A stretch of 63,105 bases of DNA, the filler included, from Chiloscyllium plagiosum (Eukaryota), in the NCBI RefSeq assembly GCF_004010195.1. It is 3 parts of one record of this genome, joined end to end, with 100 filler letters (N's around TTAATTAATTAA, not from the genome) between each part and the next. Parts side by side here need not be neighbours in the genome. Positions count along the whole stretch, not along the records: positions 48,686 to 63,105 come from NC_057710.1; 2 more parts are not named here. One strand, given 5' to 3'. Positions 50,818-62,950 of this stretch are shown piece by piece. Both the position numbers and the translations under genes were made by a program. Positions within the stretch are counted from its first letter, which is position 1. Every line of letters starts with the position of its first letter. Under the pieces are notes generated by a model. It did no database searches and was not told the DNA's origin. It saw only the letters and a list, made by a program, of their open reading frames with translations.

Positions 50818-51046
50818 TAAGATTAAAGATTAAATTAAGATTAAATTCCCTACAGTGTGGAAACAGGCCCTTCGGCCCAACAAGTCCACACAAACCTCTG
50901 AAGAGCAACCCACCCAGACCCATTCCCCTACATTTACCCCGTCACCTAACACTACGGGCAATTCACCAAACCTGCACATCTTTGGACTGTGGGAGGAAAC
51001 CCACGCAGACACGGGGAGAATGTACAAACTCCACAGGCAGTCGCCT
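50818..51046 (-). mobile_element. HE1/V-SINE-type SINE, 5'-truncated
   Basis: V-domain plus CR1-like tail. Confidence 0.85.
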
Positions 51047-51129
51047 TCTGTCACTCTGTTGTCCAAGTCCTGTTTCCCCATCATCTGTTAGCGCTAACTG
51101 CATTGACTCCTGGTCAGAGAACATTTAAA

Positions 51130-51620
51130 GACACAAAAAAGGAGGAGCAGGAGTAAGCCATTGAGCCTGCTCCACCATTCAATATGATCGTGGTGATGGT
51201 CCAACTCTGCCCCTGTTCCTGCTTTCTCTTCATACCCTTTGACCTCTTTCTCCTTCAGAACTATATCTAATTCCTCCTTGAAAAAAAAGTCAATGTTTTG
51301 ACCTCAACTGCTTTCTGTGGTAATGAATTCCACAGACTCCCCACTCTCTGGGGTGGGGAAGAGTAATTCTCACCTCCATCCTGGCCTGTATGCTTAGATT
51401 GTGACTCCTGGTCTTCAGGAACATCCTGTCAGTGTCCACTCTGTCTGATGTTTATAGGTTTCTGTGAGATCCCACCCCACCTCAGCCTTCTGAACTCCAG
51501 GGAATATAGTCCTGCAAACCTTTGTTGCACTCCCTCTGTAGCCAGAACATCCTTCCTTTGGGAAGGAAACTGAAACTGCCCACTGCACTCTCACGTGGTC
51601 TGACCAAAACCCTGTACAAT
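51130..51620 (-). mobile_element. Degraded CR1 3' fragment
   Basis: Similar to 11395-12260. Confidence 0.7.
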
Positions 51621-51929
51621 TGCACCCCAAGCCTCGATTTTGAAAATTTTCATCCTTGTGTTCAAATCTCTCTCTAGCCTCATTGCTCCCTGTCTCTGTC
51701 ATCTCCCCCCAGTTCCACAACCTCCAAGATATCTGTGTTGGCCTTATCCTGCCCTCTTGGAAATCACTGAATATTAACTGGTTCACCATTGATGGCCCTG
51801 CCTTCTGTAGTTAAAACCTAAACTCTGTAAGTCCCTCCCTATATCTCTCTCTCTCTCCACCTGTCTCGCTTTGTTTAAGACATGCCTTAAAATCTTTGAC
51901 CATTCTTTTTGGCTGTCTGACCACAAGTT

Positions 51930-52062
51930 GGTAAAAACAATGACTGCAGATGCTGGAAACCAGATTCTGGATTAGAGTGGTGCTGGAAGAGCACAGCAGT
52001 TCAGGCAGCATCCGAGGAGCAGGAAAATCGACGTTTCGGGCAAAAGCCCTTCATCAGGAATA
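51930..52062 (-). mobile_element. Penelope 3' terminus starting at an intact hammerhead motif (52027-52061)
   Basis: attc-CTGATGA-a-gggc-tttt-gccc-GAAAC-GTC-gatt; same family as 5031-5102. Confidence 0.8.
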
Positions 52063-52095
52063 AAAGTTCCCTGGGGTGTCAGTTTGATTTTAAGT

Positions 52096-52360
52096 TCTGA
52101 TTCGATTCCCTACAGTGTGGAAACAGGCCCTTCAGCCCAACCAGTCCACACTGACCCTCTGAAGAGTAACCCACCCAGACACATTTCCCTCTGACTAATG
52201 CACCTAACACTATGGACAGTTTAGCGTGGCCAATTCACCTAATTGGAAACCCACACAGACACGGGGAGAATGTGCAAACTCCACAGTCAGTCGCCTGAGG
52301 CTGGAATTGAACCTGGGTCCCTGGCGCTCTGAGGCAGCAGTGCTAACCACTGAGCCACCA
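52096..52360 (-). mobile_element. HE1/V-SINE-type SINE
   Basis: A/B boxes, partial V-domain, tail. Confidence 0.85.
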
Positions 52361-52949
52361 AGCCTTCTCTTGTGAAGGCTCTTCAGACATTTTATGTTAA
52401 GGGTGCTATATAAATACAGCTGTTGCATTGTTGTGAAAGTGCCGCAGTTATTTGAAATCCTGGTCAGATGTTACTGAGAGTGTTTCTGTGGAACTGGGTC
52501 GAGGATTGAGAAGGCTCTCAGAGGGGACTGTGTAAATGAGTGAAGCAGGCGATGGAATGTTCCATTAGCTTGGAGCGAGGGAACACAGGCAACTCCTTGT
52601 TTCGGTGGCCGTGTTGACACGCAGGCAGCTGGGCAGGTTCTTCCTGCAACAGGAGGACTAATCAGCTTCTGGTGGGAAAGCTGATTTGTCAACAGAAGGA
52701 AGCTTGTTGAGGGGACAAAACTGGCCTCTCCTCACTCAGTCTCCTTTCACAAGTGAGGCAGCCAGAACCCACTCTTCATTGACACTTCTTTCAAGGGTCA
52801 GCCTCACCTGGAGTGAGCTTTTCTTCGCCTCCTCTGCTTCCAGACTATTTTGTAAATTGTCACTTTCTGCTACAAGCTTCGTGCAGCCTTATCCCTCCAT
52901 CCCAGACTTTACAGCATGCCATGATCTGTCCGTACTGCTGTGCTGCATT

Positions 52950-53508
52950 AGCTGTTCTTGTACACCAGTCAATGAAGGTAAGCATGCAGGTACAGCAGGT
53001 AGTGAAGAAGGCTAATAGCATGCTGGCCTTCATAACCAGACGGATTGAGTATCGGAGCAAAGAGGTCCTTCTGCAGCTGTACAGGGCCCTGGTGAGACCA
53101 CACCTGGAGTATTGTGTGCAGTTCTGGTCTTCAAATATGAGGAAAGACATTCTGGCTATTGAGGGAGTGCAGTGTAGGTGCACAAGGTCAATTCCTGGAA
53201 TGGTGGGATTACCTTACACTGAAAGACTGGAGCGACTGGGCTTGTATACCCTTGAGTTTAGAAGACTGAGAGGGGATCTGATTGTGACATATAAGATTAT
53301 TAAAGGATTGGACACTCTGGAGGCAGGAAACATGTTTCCGCTGATGGGTGAGTACCGAACCTGAGGACACAGCTTAAAAATACGGGGTAGACCATTTAGG
53401 ACAGAGATGAGGAGAAACCTCTTCACCCAGAGAGTGGTGGCTGTGTGGAATGCAGGGCAGTGGAGGCCCAATCTCTGGATTCATTTAAGAAAGAGTTGGA
53501 TAGAGCAC
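52950..53508 (+). mobile_element. CR1 3' fragment
   Basis: [42 protein letters not shown]. Confidence 0.9.
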
Positions 53509-54111
53509 NNNNNNNNNNNNNNNNNNNNNNNNNNNNNNNNNNNNNNNNNNNNNNNNNNNNNNNNNNNNNNNNNNNNNNNNNNNNNNNNNNNNNNNNNNNN
53601 NNNNNNNNNNNNNNNNNNNNNNNNNNNNNNNNNNNNNNNNNNNNNNNNNNNNNNNNNNNNNNNNNNNNNNNNNNNNNNNNNNNNNNNNNNNNNNNNNNNN
53701 NNNNNNNNNNNNNNNNNNNNNNNNNNNNNNNNNNNNNNNNNNNNNNNNNNNNNNNNNNNNNNNNNNNNNNNNNNNNNNNNNNNNNNNNNNNNNNNNNNNN
53801 NNNNNNNNNNNNNNNNNNNNNNNNNNNNNNNNNNNNNNNNNNNNNNNNNNNNNNNNNNNNNNNNNNNNNNNNNNNNNNNNNNNNNNNNNNNNNNNNNNNN
53901 NNNNNNNNNNNNNNNNNNNNNNNNNNNNNNNNNNNNNNNNNNNNNNNNNNNNNNNNNNNNNNNNNNNNNNNNNNNNNNNNNNNNNNNNNNNNNNNNNNNN
54001 NNNNNNNNNNNNNNNNNNNNNNNNNNNNNNNNNNNNNNNNNNNNNNNNNNNNNNNNNNNNNNNNNNNNNNNNNNNNNNNNNNNNNNNNNNNNNNNNNNNN
54101 NNNNNNNNNNN
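53509..54111. other. Assembly gap
   Basis: Run of N. Confidence 1.
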
Positions 54112-54330
54112 CCAAACCCTTCCTATTCATATACCCATCCAAATACCTCTTAAATGTTGCAATTGTACCAGCCTCCACCACTTCCTCTGGCAGCTCATTT
54201 CATACACGTACCACCCTCTGTGTGAAAACGTTGCCCCTTAGGTCTCTTTTATATCTTTCCCCTCTCACCCTAAACCTATGCTCTCTAGTTCTGGACTCCC
54301 CGACCCCAGGGAAAAGACTTTGTGTATTTA
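54112..54330 (-). mobile_element. CR1 3' fragment
   Basis: VEAGTIATFKRYLDGYMNRKGL. Confidence 0.85.
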
Positions 54331-55899
54331 TTGTAGTAACCTCAGCTGGTGCATAAACCACACACTGTTTATGTCAGTCTGCATCGCAAACCAGCCTTCC
54401 AGCCAACTGTGCTGTACTGACCACCTTACTGAACTAAAGATTACCTGGCCGTCTATAAAATGGGTTCAGCCTCAGGTGGCTAGTCTTGCCCAGTTCTGGC
54501 CCCTTGCATCCGGAAGGTTGTCCAAGCCTTAAAGAGGGTCAGGCTGGGATTTAATGGGAGCGCTTTCGGTCTGGAGACACTGAGGGCGAAATGGTTAAGA
54601 GGAGATTTAATAGAAAAGTTCAAAATGGTTTGGGACTTTGGGAGCAGGGAGAGTGTTATTACTATGTACTGGAGGTGCAACAAACAGGGATGCAGATTTC
54701 AGATCGATCGTTTAACTTCTAATCTAACATTCATAATTAATGTGAGGCAAATCTGGATAACAGACTGTACTCAAACACCCCACAGAGCACATCAAACCGT
54801 AAATGTAGTCAAATAAAGATCCCACAGGTATCTCAGCAATCTCATCTTCACCCCCCCCCCACTCCTCACCACATTGGTGACAGTTCATTAAGAGCTCACA
54901 AGGGATGACAGTTCTTCATTCTTGAGAATCTGACCTTGAAACCCCATCAGGAGCGCTCTATGATGAAGTGGCTAAATCCTGCTCATGTTCCAGTCACTTA
55001 CCCTCCTTTTCTGGGACAGTTACTTACCTGGATTCTGGAAACTGGCCTGCAGCACGTCCAGGAACAACTCTAGCTTTTCACTGACAGCTAGCTTCACCAA
55101 ACTATTACCATCTTTGACTTTTCCCCCAAGCTCTCATCTTGCTCAGTTGCATCAAACAGCTCCCAGAGCTCCTTCCTGAGTCCCAACGGAAGGCAAGAGC
55201 CAAGTAGCTTGGTCTATTAATGCGGAGACCCAGGTAATTTTCGTGGGACCTCAGTTCAAATCCTGCCATAGCAAATGGTGAAATTTGAATTTAATATCAA
55301 AAAAATCCTGAAATTAAGAGTCAAATGTTGACCATGAAATCATTCCTGACTTTTGAGAAATCCCATCTGGGTCACTAATGTCCTTCATGGAAGGTAACTG
55401 TCATTGTTACCTGGTCTGGCCTACACGTGACTCCAGACTCACAGCAATCTGAAATGCCCTCTGGGGTAATTAAGGTGAGGTAAGGAATGCTGGCCTAGCC
55501 AGTCATGTTCACGTCCTGTGAATGAATGAATTAAAATAAACAGCACGGAATTATCCAAATATTGTTTGGATTTCTTGCTAAGTGTCTACACTCAAAAGCT
55601 GTACTGTTCAGTTACCTTCTCGAGCTAAACATCAGATTGGCCTACCATGCTGCTTTCCTTTTGTACCCTCCCTCCCACTGTCTTATTCACCAACTGCCTA
55701 TCATCCTTCACCTGTTCTTCAGTGAACTTTGAACTGTTTTGAGTCATTGATTGAAAACTTTGAAACAAACCCCACCTTGGCTCCTGAACACGATTCAATT
55801 TAACAACCATTAACGCTGGCTGTCCCCTGAATGTTACCATTTTCACAGATTGCTGGTTTCTACACGGAGGAAGTGAGGACCCTCCCTTCCTACTAATCA

Positions 55900-56520
55900 A
55901 CATCATCCCCACCTGCATCTACCTATCACCTTCCCAGCTATATTCCCCCCCACCACCACCACCCCCCTCCTATTTAGAGTTTAGAAAGTTGAGGGGAGAT
56001 CTAATAGAAACTTACAAGATAATGCGTGGCTTAGAAAGTGTGGACGCTGGCAAGTTGTGTCTGTTAGACGAGGACCCGTGGAGGACACAGCCTTAGAATT
56101 AGAGGGGTCAGTTTAAAACGGGAATGAGGAGACATTTCTTCAGCCCGAGAGTGGAATTCATTGCCACGGAGCGCAGTTGGAGGCCGGGACATTAAATGTC
56201 TTTAAGACAGAGATTGATAAATTCTTGATCTCGCAAGGAATTAAGGGCTACAAGGAGAGTGCGGGTAAGTGGAGTTGAAATGCCCATCAGCCATGATTGA
56301 ATGGCGGAGTGGACTCGATGGGCCGAATGGCCTTACTTCCACTCCTATGTCTTATGTTCTTATTTATCTCTCCGCCCCATCATCCCCACATTCCTGATGA
56401 AGGGTTTATGCCCGAAACGTCAATTCTCCTGCTCCTCAGATGCTGCCTGACCTGCTGTGCTTTTCCAGCAACACACTCTCGACTCTGATCTCCAGCATCT
56501 GCAGTCCTCACTTTCTCCTG
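55900..56520 (+). mobile_element. Penelope 3' UTR with hammerhead motif (56390-56424), interrupted by a CR1 3' end (55975-56360)
   Basis: ttc-CTGATGA-agggtttatgccc-GAAAC-GTC. Confidence 0.75.
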
Positions 56521-57076
56521 GGTCAAATAGATTGTCTGTTGAATCTCCTACTGTGTGGTGAGACTTGACATGTTACACACACACACACACACACCCCTTT
56601 ACTCAACTCTAACCTTGTCAATGTAAAAGCACATGGCAAGCAGCTGCCCCAGCAGCTGTTTCCGGAGTTGCTTTGGTAGATATATCAGGCATGTTCTTAC
56701 CTATCCGAGGTTTCCCGTTCCTCACAGATTGTACAATCTCAACTGCCCTTTTGTTTCTGTCACTCACCCCCCCTGTCTTGGCCTTTTGTCCTGTGTCTCA
56801 TTCCTAACCCTGCCCAGAGCATATCTGCTCATCTCTGCTCTACACTTCTCTGCTGACATTTTGTCTTACTTAAGTACACTTAATCCTGAAACTATTTAAT
56901 CTTATCACTATGTTTACATGATGAGTCAACAAAGAGCCCCATTTGGGGAGTTCTGAGGTAATTAACAGCCGTAAATACAGGCCAGAAATACAAATTCCTT
57001 CCTTTATTCTCTGTGGGGTTGAAGTGGTGCCCGGTGATGCTGGCGATGTGGTGGGTGCTTTCTGGTCTCGTGACAC

Positions 57077-58299
57077 TGGGGAAACCGGTGAGGGGCAGAC
57101 CGACGTGGCTGTGTGCCTGGGCTGTGAGGGGCAGACCGACGTGGCTGTGTGCCTGGGCAGTGAGGGGCAGACCGGCGTGGCTGTGTGCCTGGGGAAACCA
57201 GTGAGGGGCAGACCGACGTGGCTGTGTGCCTGGGGAAACCAGTGAGGGGCAGACCGACGTGGCTGTGTGCCTGGGGAAACCAGTGAGGGGCAGACCGACG
57301 TGGCTGTGTGCCTGGGGAAACCAGTGAGGGGCAGACCGACGTGGCTGTGTGCCTGGGGAATGAGGGGCAGACCGACGTGGCTGTGTGCCTGGGCTGTGAG
57401 GGGCAGACCGACGTGGCTGTGTGCCTGGGCTGTGAGGGGCAGACCGACGTGGCTGTGTGCCTGGGCTGTGAGGGGCAGACCGACGTGGCTGTGTGCCTGG
57501 GCTGTGAGGGGCAGACCGACGTGGCTGTGTGCCTGGGCTGTGAGGGGCAGACCGACGTGGCTGTGTGCCTGGGCTGTGAGGGGCAGACCGACGTGGCTGT
57601 GTGCCTGGGCTGTGAGGGGCAGACCGACGTGGCTGTGTGCCTGGGCTGTGAGGGGCAGACCGACGTGGCTGTGTGCCTGGGCTGTGAGGGGCAGACCGAC
57701 GTGGCTGTGTGCCTGGGGAAACCAGTGAGGGGCAGACCGACGTGGCTGTGTGCCTGGGGAAACCAGTGAGGGGCAGACCGACGTGGCTGTGTGCCTGGGG
57801 AAACCAGTGAGGGGCAGACCGACGTGGCTGTGTGCCTGGGGAAACCAGTGAGGGGCAGACCGACGTGGCTGTGTGCCTGGGGAAACCAGTGAGGGGCAGA
57901 CCGACGTGGCTGTGTGCCTGGGGAAACCAGTGAGGGGCAGACCGACGTGGCTGTGTGCCTGGGGAAACCAGTGAGGGGCAGACCGACGTGGCTGTGTGCC
58001 TGGGGAAACCAGTGAGGGGCAGACCGACGTGGCTGTGTGCCTGGGGAAACCAGTGAGGGGCAGACCGACGTGGCTGTGTGCCTGGGGAAACCAGTGAGGG
58101 GCAGACCGACGTGGCTGTGTGCCTGGGGAAACCAGTGAGGGGCAGACCGACGTGGCTGTGTGCCTGGGGAAACCAGTGAGGGGCAGACCGACGTGGCTGT
58201 GTGCCTGGGGAAACCAGTGAGGGGCAGACCGACGTGGCTGTGTGCCTGGGGAAACCAGTGAGGGGCAGACCGACGTGGCTGTGTGCCTGGGGAAACCAG
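57077..58299. repeat. GC-rich minisatellite with 41-bp and 36-bp unit variants
   Basis: ggggaaaccagtgaggggcagaccgacgtggctgtgtgcct / gggctgtgaggggcagaccgacgtggctgtgtgcct, ~30 copies. Confidence 0.95.
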
Positions 58300-58347
58300 C
58301 TCTCTCTCTCACACACACACACATCACCTCTATTTGTCCCTGCCTTC

Positions 58348-58379
<32 letters not shown>

Positions 58380-58515
58380 TCACCTCTATTTGTCCCTGCC
58401 TTCCTCTCTCTCTCTCTCTCTCTCACACACATCACCTCTATTTGTCCCTGCCTTCCTCTCTCTCTCTCTCTCTCTCACACACACATCACCTCTATTTGTC
58501 CCTGCCTTCCTCTCA
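58300..58515. repeat. Compound (CT)n(CA)n + 27-bp core tandem, 4 copies
   Basis: catcacctctatttgtccctgccttcc repeated. Confidence 0.9.
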
Positions 58516-59229
58516 CCCCCTTACTTTATCTCTTGTTGTTCTTCCTCTTGCTATTGGCTCTTCCTCACCAACTGGATTTGTTTCTCGCTCTCCCTCGAAT
58601 GAGACAAATGGACAGATGAACTTAAGGGTCAGCAGCAGGACCGTCTGCCATTTCACAAAATCGTGACTGATCCAACTGAGGCCTCGGCTCCACTTTTCTC
58701 CCTATCCCCAATAACCTTTGACTCGTTTGTTAGCCAAGAGCACACTTACGCCCGGCTGAATGTTCAAAGCCGTGACATTTTGTAACTTTATTCACTGTGA
58801 GTTTCCTGGATCTCTCACTTTGCTCACTGTGGAAAAAAGTGATTCTGTTACGGAGCCAGATTGTAATATAAATCTCGTGGTCTGCTCTGGGATTGTAATA
58901 CTCTCTTAAATAAGAGGATCAAAACTATATTCCAGATGTGGCCTCGCCAACATCCCTACTTTGACATTCCATTCCCCTTGCAATTATTAACATTTAATTT
59001 CCCTTTCCACTTGCTCTTTTTCCTGCTGCTGCTGAATCTTTCCTGCCAAAGTGGGCAACTTCACACATTTTCCCACGTTTTGCTGTGTCTGCCAGTTTAT
59101 TATCCACTCACTCAAGCTCTCTGTGTAAAACATGAGGATCCCAGTACTAACCCCCTACCCCCTGGCACATCCTCCCTCCCTCTCTCTTCTCTGTCACTGT
59201 CTCCTGTATTGATCCTGATCCCTTTCCAC

Positions 59230-59450
59230 ATACGCACACACACACACACACATCACACACGCACACCACATGCACACACGCACATCACACACGCACATCA
59301 CATGCACACACGCACATCACATGCACACACGCACATCACACACGCACATCACACATGTACACCACATGCACACACGCACACCACATGCACACACGCACAT
59401 CACATGCACACAAGCACATCACATGCACACACGCACATCACACACGCACA
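59230..59450. repeat. CA-rich degenerate microsatellite
   Basis: cacacgcacatcacatg repeats. Confidence 0.85.
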
Positions 59451-59547
59451 TTGCTGTGAACTTCCATTGTGTGTGTAACGTCAGCTCGATAACTGCTCTC
59501 ATCACGATCTAGGCTCTGCTGTTTCTCATGTTGTCTCTTTGGAGTTA

Positions 59548-59729
59548 GAAGTTAAAAATCACACAACCCCAGGTTATATTCCAGCAGGTTTATTTGGAAG
59601 CACTAGCTTTCGGAGTGAGCTTTCGGAGTGAAAGCTAGTGTGCTTCCACTTAAATCTGTTGGACTATAAGCTGGGGTCGTGTGATTTTTAACTTTGTACA
59701 CCCTTGTCCAACATCAGCATGTCTAAATG
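59548..59729. mobile_element. Palindromic Penelope-derived insertion with hammerhead cores deleted, 10-bp TSD
   Basis: TSD tttggagtta at 59538-59547 and 59730-59739; inverted arms. Confidence 0.8.
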
Positions 59730-59894
59730 TTTGGAGTTACTGCCCTTATATATCGAATTGAATATATTCAGTGTCTTTGCCTCCACAGCCTTCTGAAGTA
59801 GCGAATGCCACTTGTTCACCACCATTTGTATTAAAGAGATTTTTTTTCCTCATCTCAGTGCGAAATGATCGAGCATCCCCCTCCCTCCCATTAA

Positions 59895-60208
59895 CGGCAC
59901 AGTGGCTCAGTGATTAGCACGGCTGCCTCACAGCACCAGGGACCCGGGTTCGATTCCAGCCTCAGGCGACTGTCTGTGTGGAGTTTGCACGTTCTCCCCG
60001 TGTCTGCGTGGGTATCCCCCGGGTGTTCAGGTTTCCCCCCACAATCCGAAGATGTGCAGGTCAGGTGGATTGGCCGTGCTAAATTGCCCGTAGTGATAGG
60101 TGCATTAGTCAGAGGGAAATGAGTCTGGGCGGGTTACTCTTGGGAGGGTCGGTATGGACTGGTTGGGCCGAAGGGCCTGTTTCCACACTGTCGGGAATCA
60201 AATCGAAT
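59895..60208 (+). mobile_element. HE1/V-SINE-type SINE
   Basis: TGGCTCAGTG, GGTTCGATTCC, V-domain, tail. Confidence 0.9.
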
Positions 60209-60459
60209 CCTGAGATTATATCCTGGGTTTTCAACCAAGGGAAGTATCCGCGCTGCACTGAGTCTGTCCAGCCCTGTTAGAATTTTACATGTTTCAGTCT
60301 GACGCCTCTTCACACTTCTAAACCCGAGTGAGTACAGGTCCAGTCAGTCCTGTCAGCCTAGTAACACTCCATTACACTCCCTCGATGGTAGGGAGATCAA
60401 ACTGCATGAATACTGTAGTCTCACCAAGGCCCTATATAACTGGACAATGACATCCCTAC

Positions 60460-62220
60460 TTATAAGATAATCAGAGGGTTAGATAGCGTGGACAGGGAGA
60501 GCCTTTTTTCCAAGAATGGTGATGGCATGAGGGGGCATAGCTTTAAATTGAGGGGTGATAGATATAGGACAGATGTCAGAGGTAGTTTCTTTACTCAGAG
60601 AGTAGTAAGGGTATGGAATGCTTTGCCTGCAACGTTAGTAGGTTTACTAACTTTAAGTGCATTTAAGTCGTCATTGGACAGGCATATGGACGTACATGGA
60701 ATAGTGTAGGTGGGATAGGCTTCAGATTAGTATGACAGGTCGGCGCAAGATCGAGGGCCGAAGGGCCTGTACTGCGCTGTAATGTTCTATGTTCTATGAA
60801 TTTAAATCTCATTGCAATGAAGGCCAACATACATAGAACATGGAACAGTGCAACACAGGAACAGGCCCTTCAGCCCACCATGTCTATGCTGACCATGATG
60901 CTATTCCAAACTCATCCCATCTGCCTGCGCAAGGTCCAGATCCCCCTCTTCCACACCTTTTCACACATCCGTCTAAATGCCAATTAAATGTTGCTATTGT
61001 ATCTGATTCAGTCACCTCCCCCGGCAGCAGATTCCAGGTACCTCCCACCCTCTGCGTTAAAAAGGAAAACTTGCCTCACGCACTTTAAACCTATGCCCTT
61101 GTGTATTTGACATTTCCACCTGGGAACGTGACAAACTATCCGTCCTATCAACGCTTCTCATAATTTTATACACTTCTATCGGGTCGCCCCTCAGCCTCTG
61201 ATGCTCAACTAAAAACAATCCATGTTTGTCTAACCTCCATGTCACCGGGCGACAGGGTGGTTAGGGGGGTTAGGTGGTTAGGGGGTTAGCACACACGTCT
61301 TTGTTACTCAGACCTTTGAGTATAGGAGTTGGGACATGATGTTGGTGAGGTTTCTTCTGGGTACGCTGTCCAGTTCTGGTCACCCTGTGATAGGAAAGAT
61401 ATTCATAAGCCGGAGAGGGTTCAGAAAAGATTTATCAGGACGTTGCTAGGAATAGAGGCTTTGAGTTATAAAGAAAGGCTGAATAAGCTGGGGCTTTTTC
61501 AGTGGAGCAGAGGAGACCGAGGACTGACCTCAGAGGTTTATAAAATCTTGGGGGGGGGGGGGCATAGTTAAGTTGAATTGCAAGTATCTTTTCCCTGGGG
61601 GGGGGGGGGGAGGAGTTCAAAACTAGAGAGCATATTTTTAAGGTGAGAGGAGAAAGATTGAAAAAGGATTCAAGGGATAACATTTTCACACAGAAAGTGG
61701 TTTGTGTGTGGACTGAACATCCTGAGGAAGTGGTAGATGTGGGTGCGGTTACAACATTTAAAAAACATGTGGATAAGTACATGAAGAGGAGAGGTTTGGA
61801 GGGACATGGGGCAGGAGCAGGCAGGTGGGACTAGGTTAGTTTGGGATTATGGTTGGCATGGACTGATTGGACTGAAGGGTCTATTTCCATGCTGTATGAC
61901 TCTCCCTGTCACTAATACACTGAAGTCCAGGCAACATCCTGGTAAACTTCTTTTGCACCCTCTCCAAAGCCTCCACATCCTTCCTATAGTGTGGTAACAG
62001 AACTGCACACAACTCAAACGTGGCCTCACCAAAGTCTTACACATCTGCCAAATGACTTGTGAACTTTTGTAATCAATGCCCTGATCAAGTCTGCCTTCTT
62101 TACCACTGGGTACCTACTGGGGTTGCAACTTTCTGCGAGCTACGGACTGGGATCCAAAGTTCACTCTGTATCTAAGTGCTCTGAAGAGTCTTGTTGTTTA
62201 TTTTCTCCTTACATATACAT
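60460..62220. mobile_element. Four CR1 3' fragments in alternating orientation
   Basis: 60460-60797 (+), 60830-61240 (-), 61310-61900 (+), 61925-62220 (-); CR1 ORF2 C-terminal motifs. Confidence 0.8.
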
Positions 62221-62229
62221 CACATTGTT

Positions 62230-62950
62230 CGGCACCGTTTGCAACTCCTCAGATACTGAAACAGTCCATGTTCTACTGCAACAAGATCTGGACAATATCC
62301 AGGCCTGAGCTGACAAGTAGCAATTACCATTCACACCACACAAATGCCAGGTTATGACCATCTTCAATAAGAGACCATCTGACCACCTTGACATTCAGTT
62401 GTGTTACCATCACTGAATCTCCCACTGTCAACATCCTGGGGGTTAACATTGGCCAGAAACTCAGCTAGACTTGCCACATAAACACAGTGGCTACAAGAGC
62501 AGGTCGGAGGTTAGGAATACTGCAGCAAGTAATTCACCTCCTGACTCCCTAAAGCCTTTCCACCATCTACAAGGCACAGGTCAGGAGGGTGATGGAATAC
62601 TCCCCATTTGTCCGGATGGGGGCAGCTCCAACAACACTCAAGAAGCTCGACACCATCCAGGACAAAGCAGCCCAGCACCACATCCACAAACATCCCCTCC
62701 CTCCACCACCAACGCTCAGTAACAGCAGGGGGGACCATCTACAAGATGCACTGCAGGAATTCAGCAAAGATCCTCAGGCAGCACCTTCCAAACCCCCGAC
62801 CACTTCCATCTAGAAGGACAAGGGCAGCAGGTACATGGGAACACCACCCCCTGCAGGCTCCCCTCCCAGCCACTCACCATCCTGACCTGGAAATATATCA
62901 TCGTTCCTTCACTGTTGCTGGGTTAAAATCCTGGAATTCCCCTCCCTAAG
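62230..62950 (+). mobile_element. CR1/L2-group LINE 3' fragment (second family)
   Basis: LQQDLDNIQA, MEYSPFVRMGAAPTTLKKLDTIQDKAA, SFTVAGLKSWNSPP. Confidence 0.8.

Larger units (their letters stand above)
52808..58826 (-). pseudogene. Possible decayed multi-exon (coiled-coil-like) gene
   Basis: Exon-like blocks with AG/GT boundaries at 58826-58750, 58593-58525, 56885-56701, 55783-55616, 55175-55028 and ~52869-52808. Four consecutive phases are compatible, but there are in-frame stops and no homology was confirmed. Confidence 0.3.

Noticed and set aside
56870..58376. 485-aa and 494-aa repetitive ORFs
   Set aside because: Translations of the 41/36-bp minisatellite, open in several frames, with no gene context.
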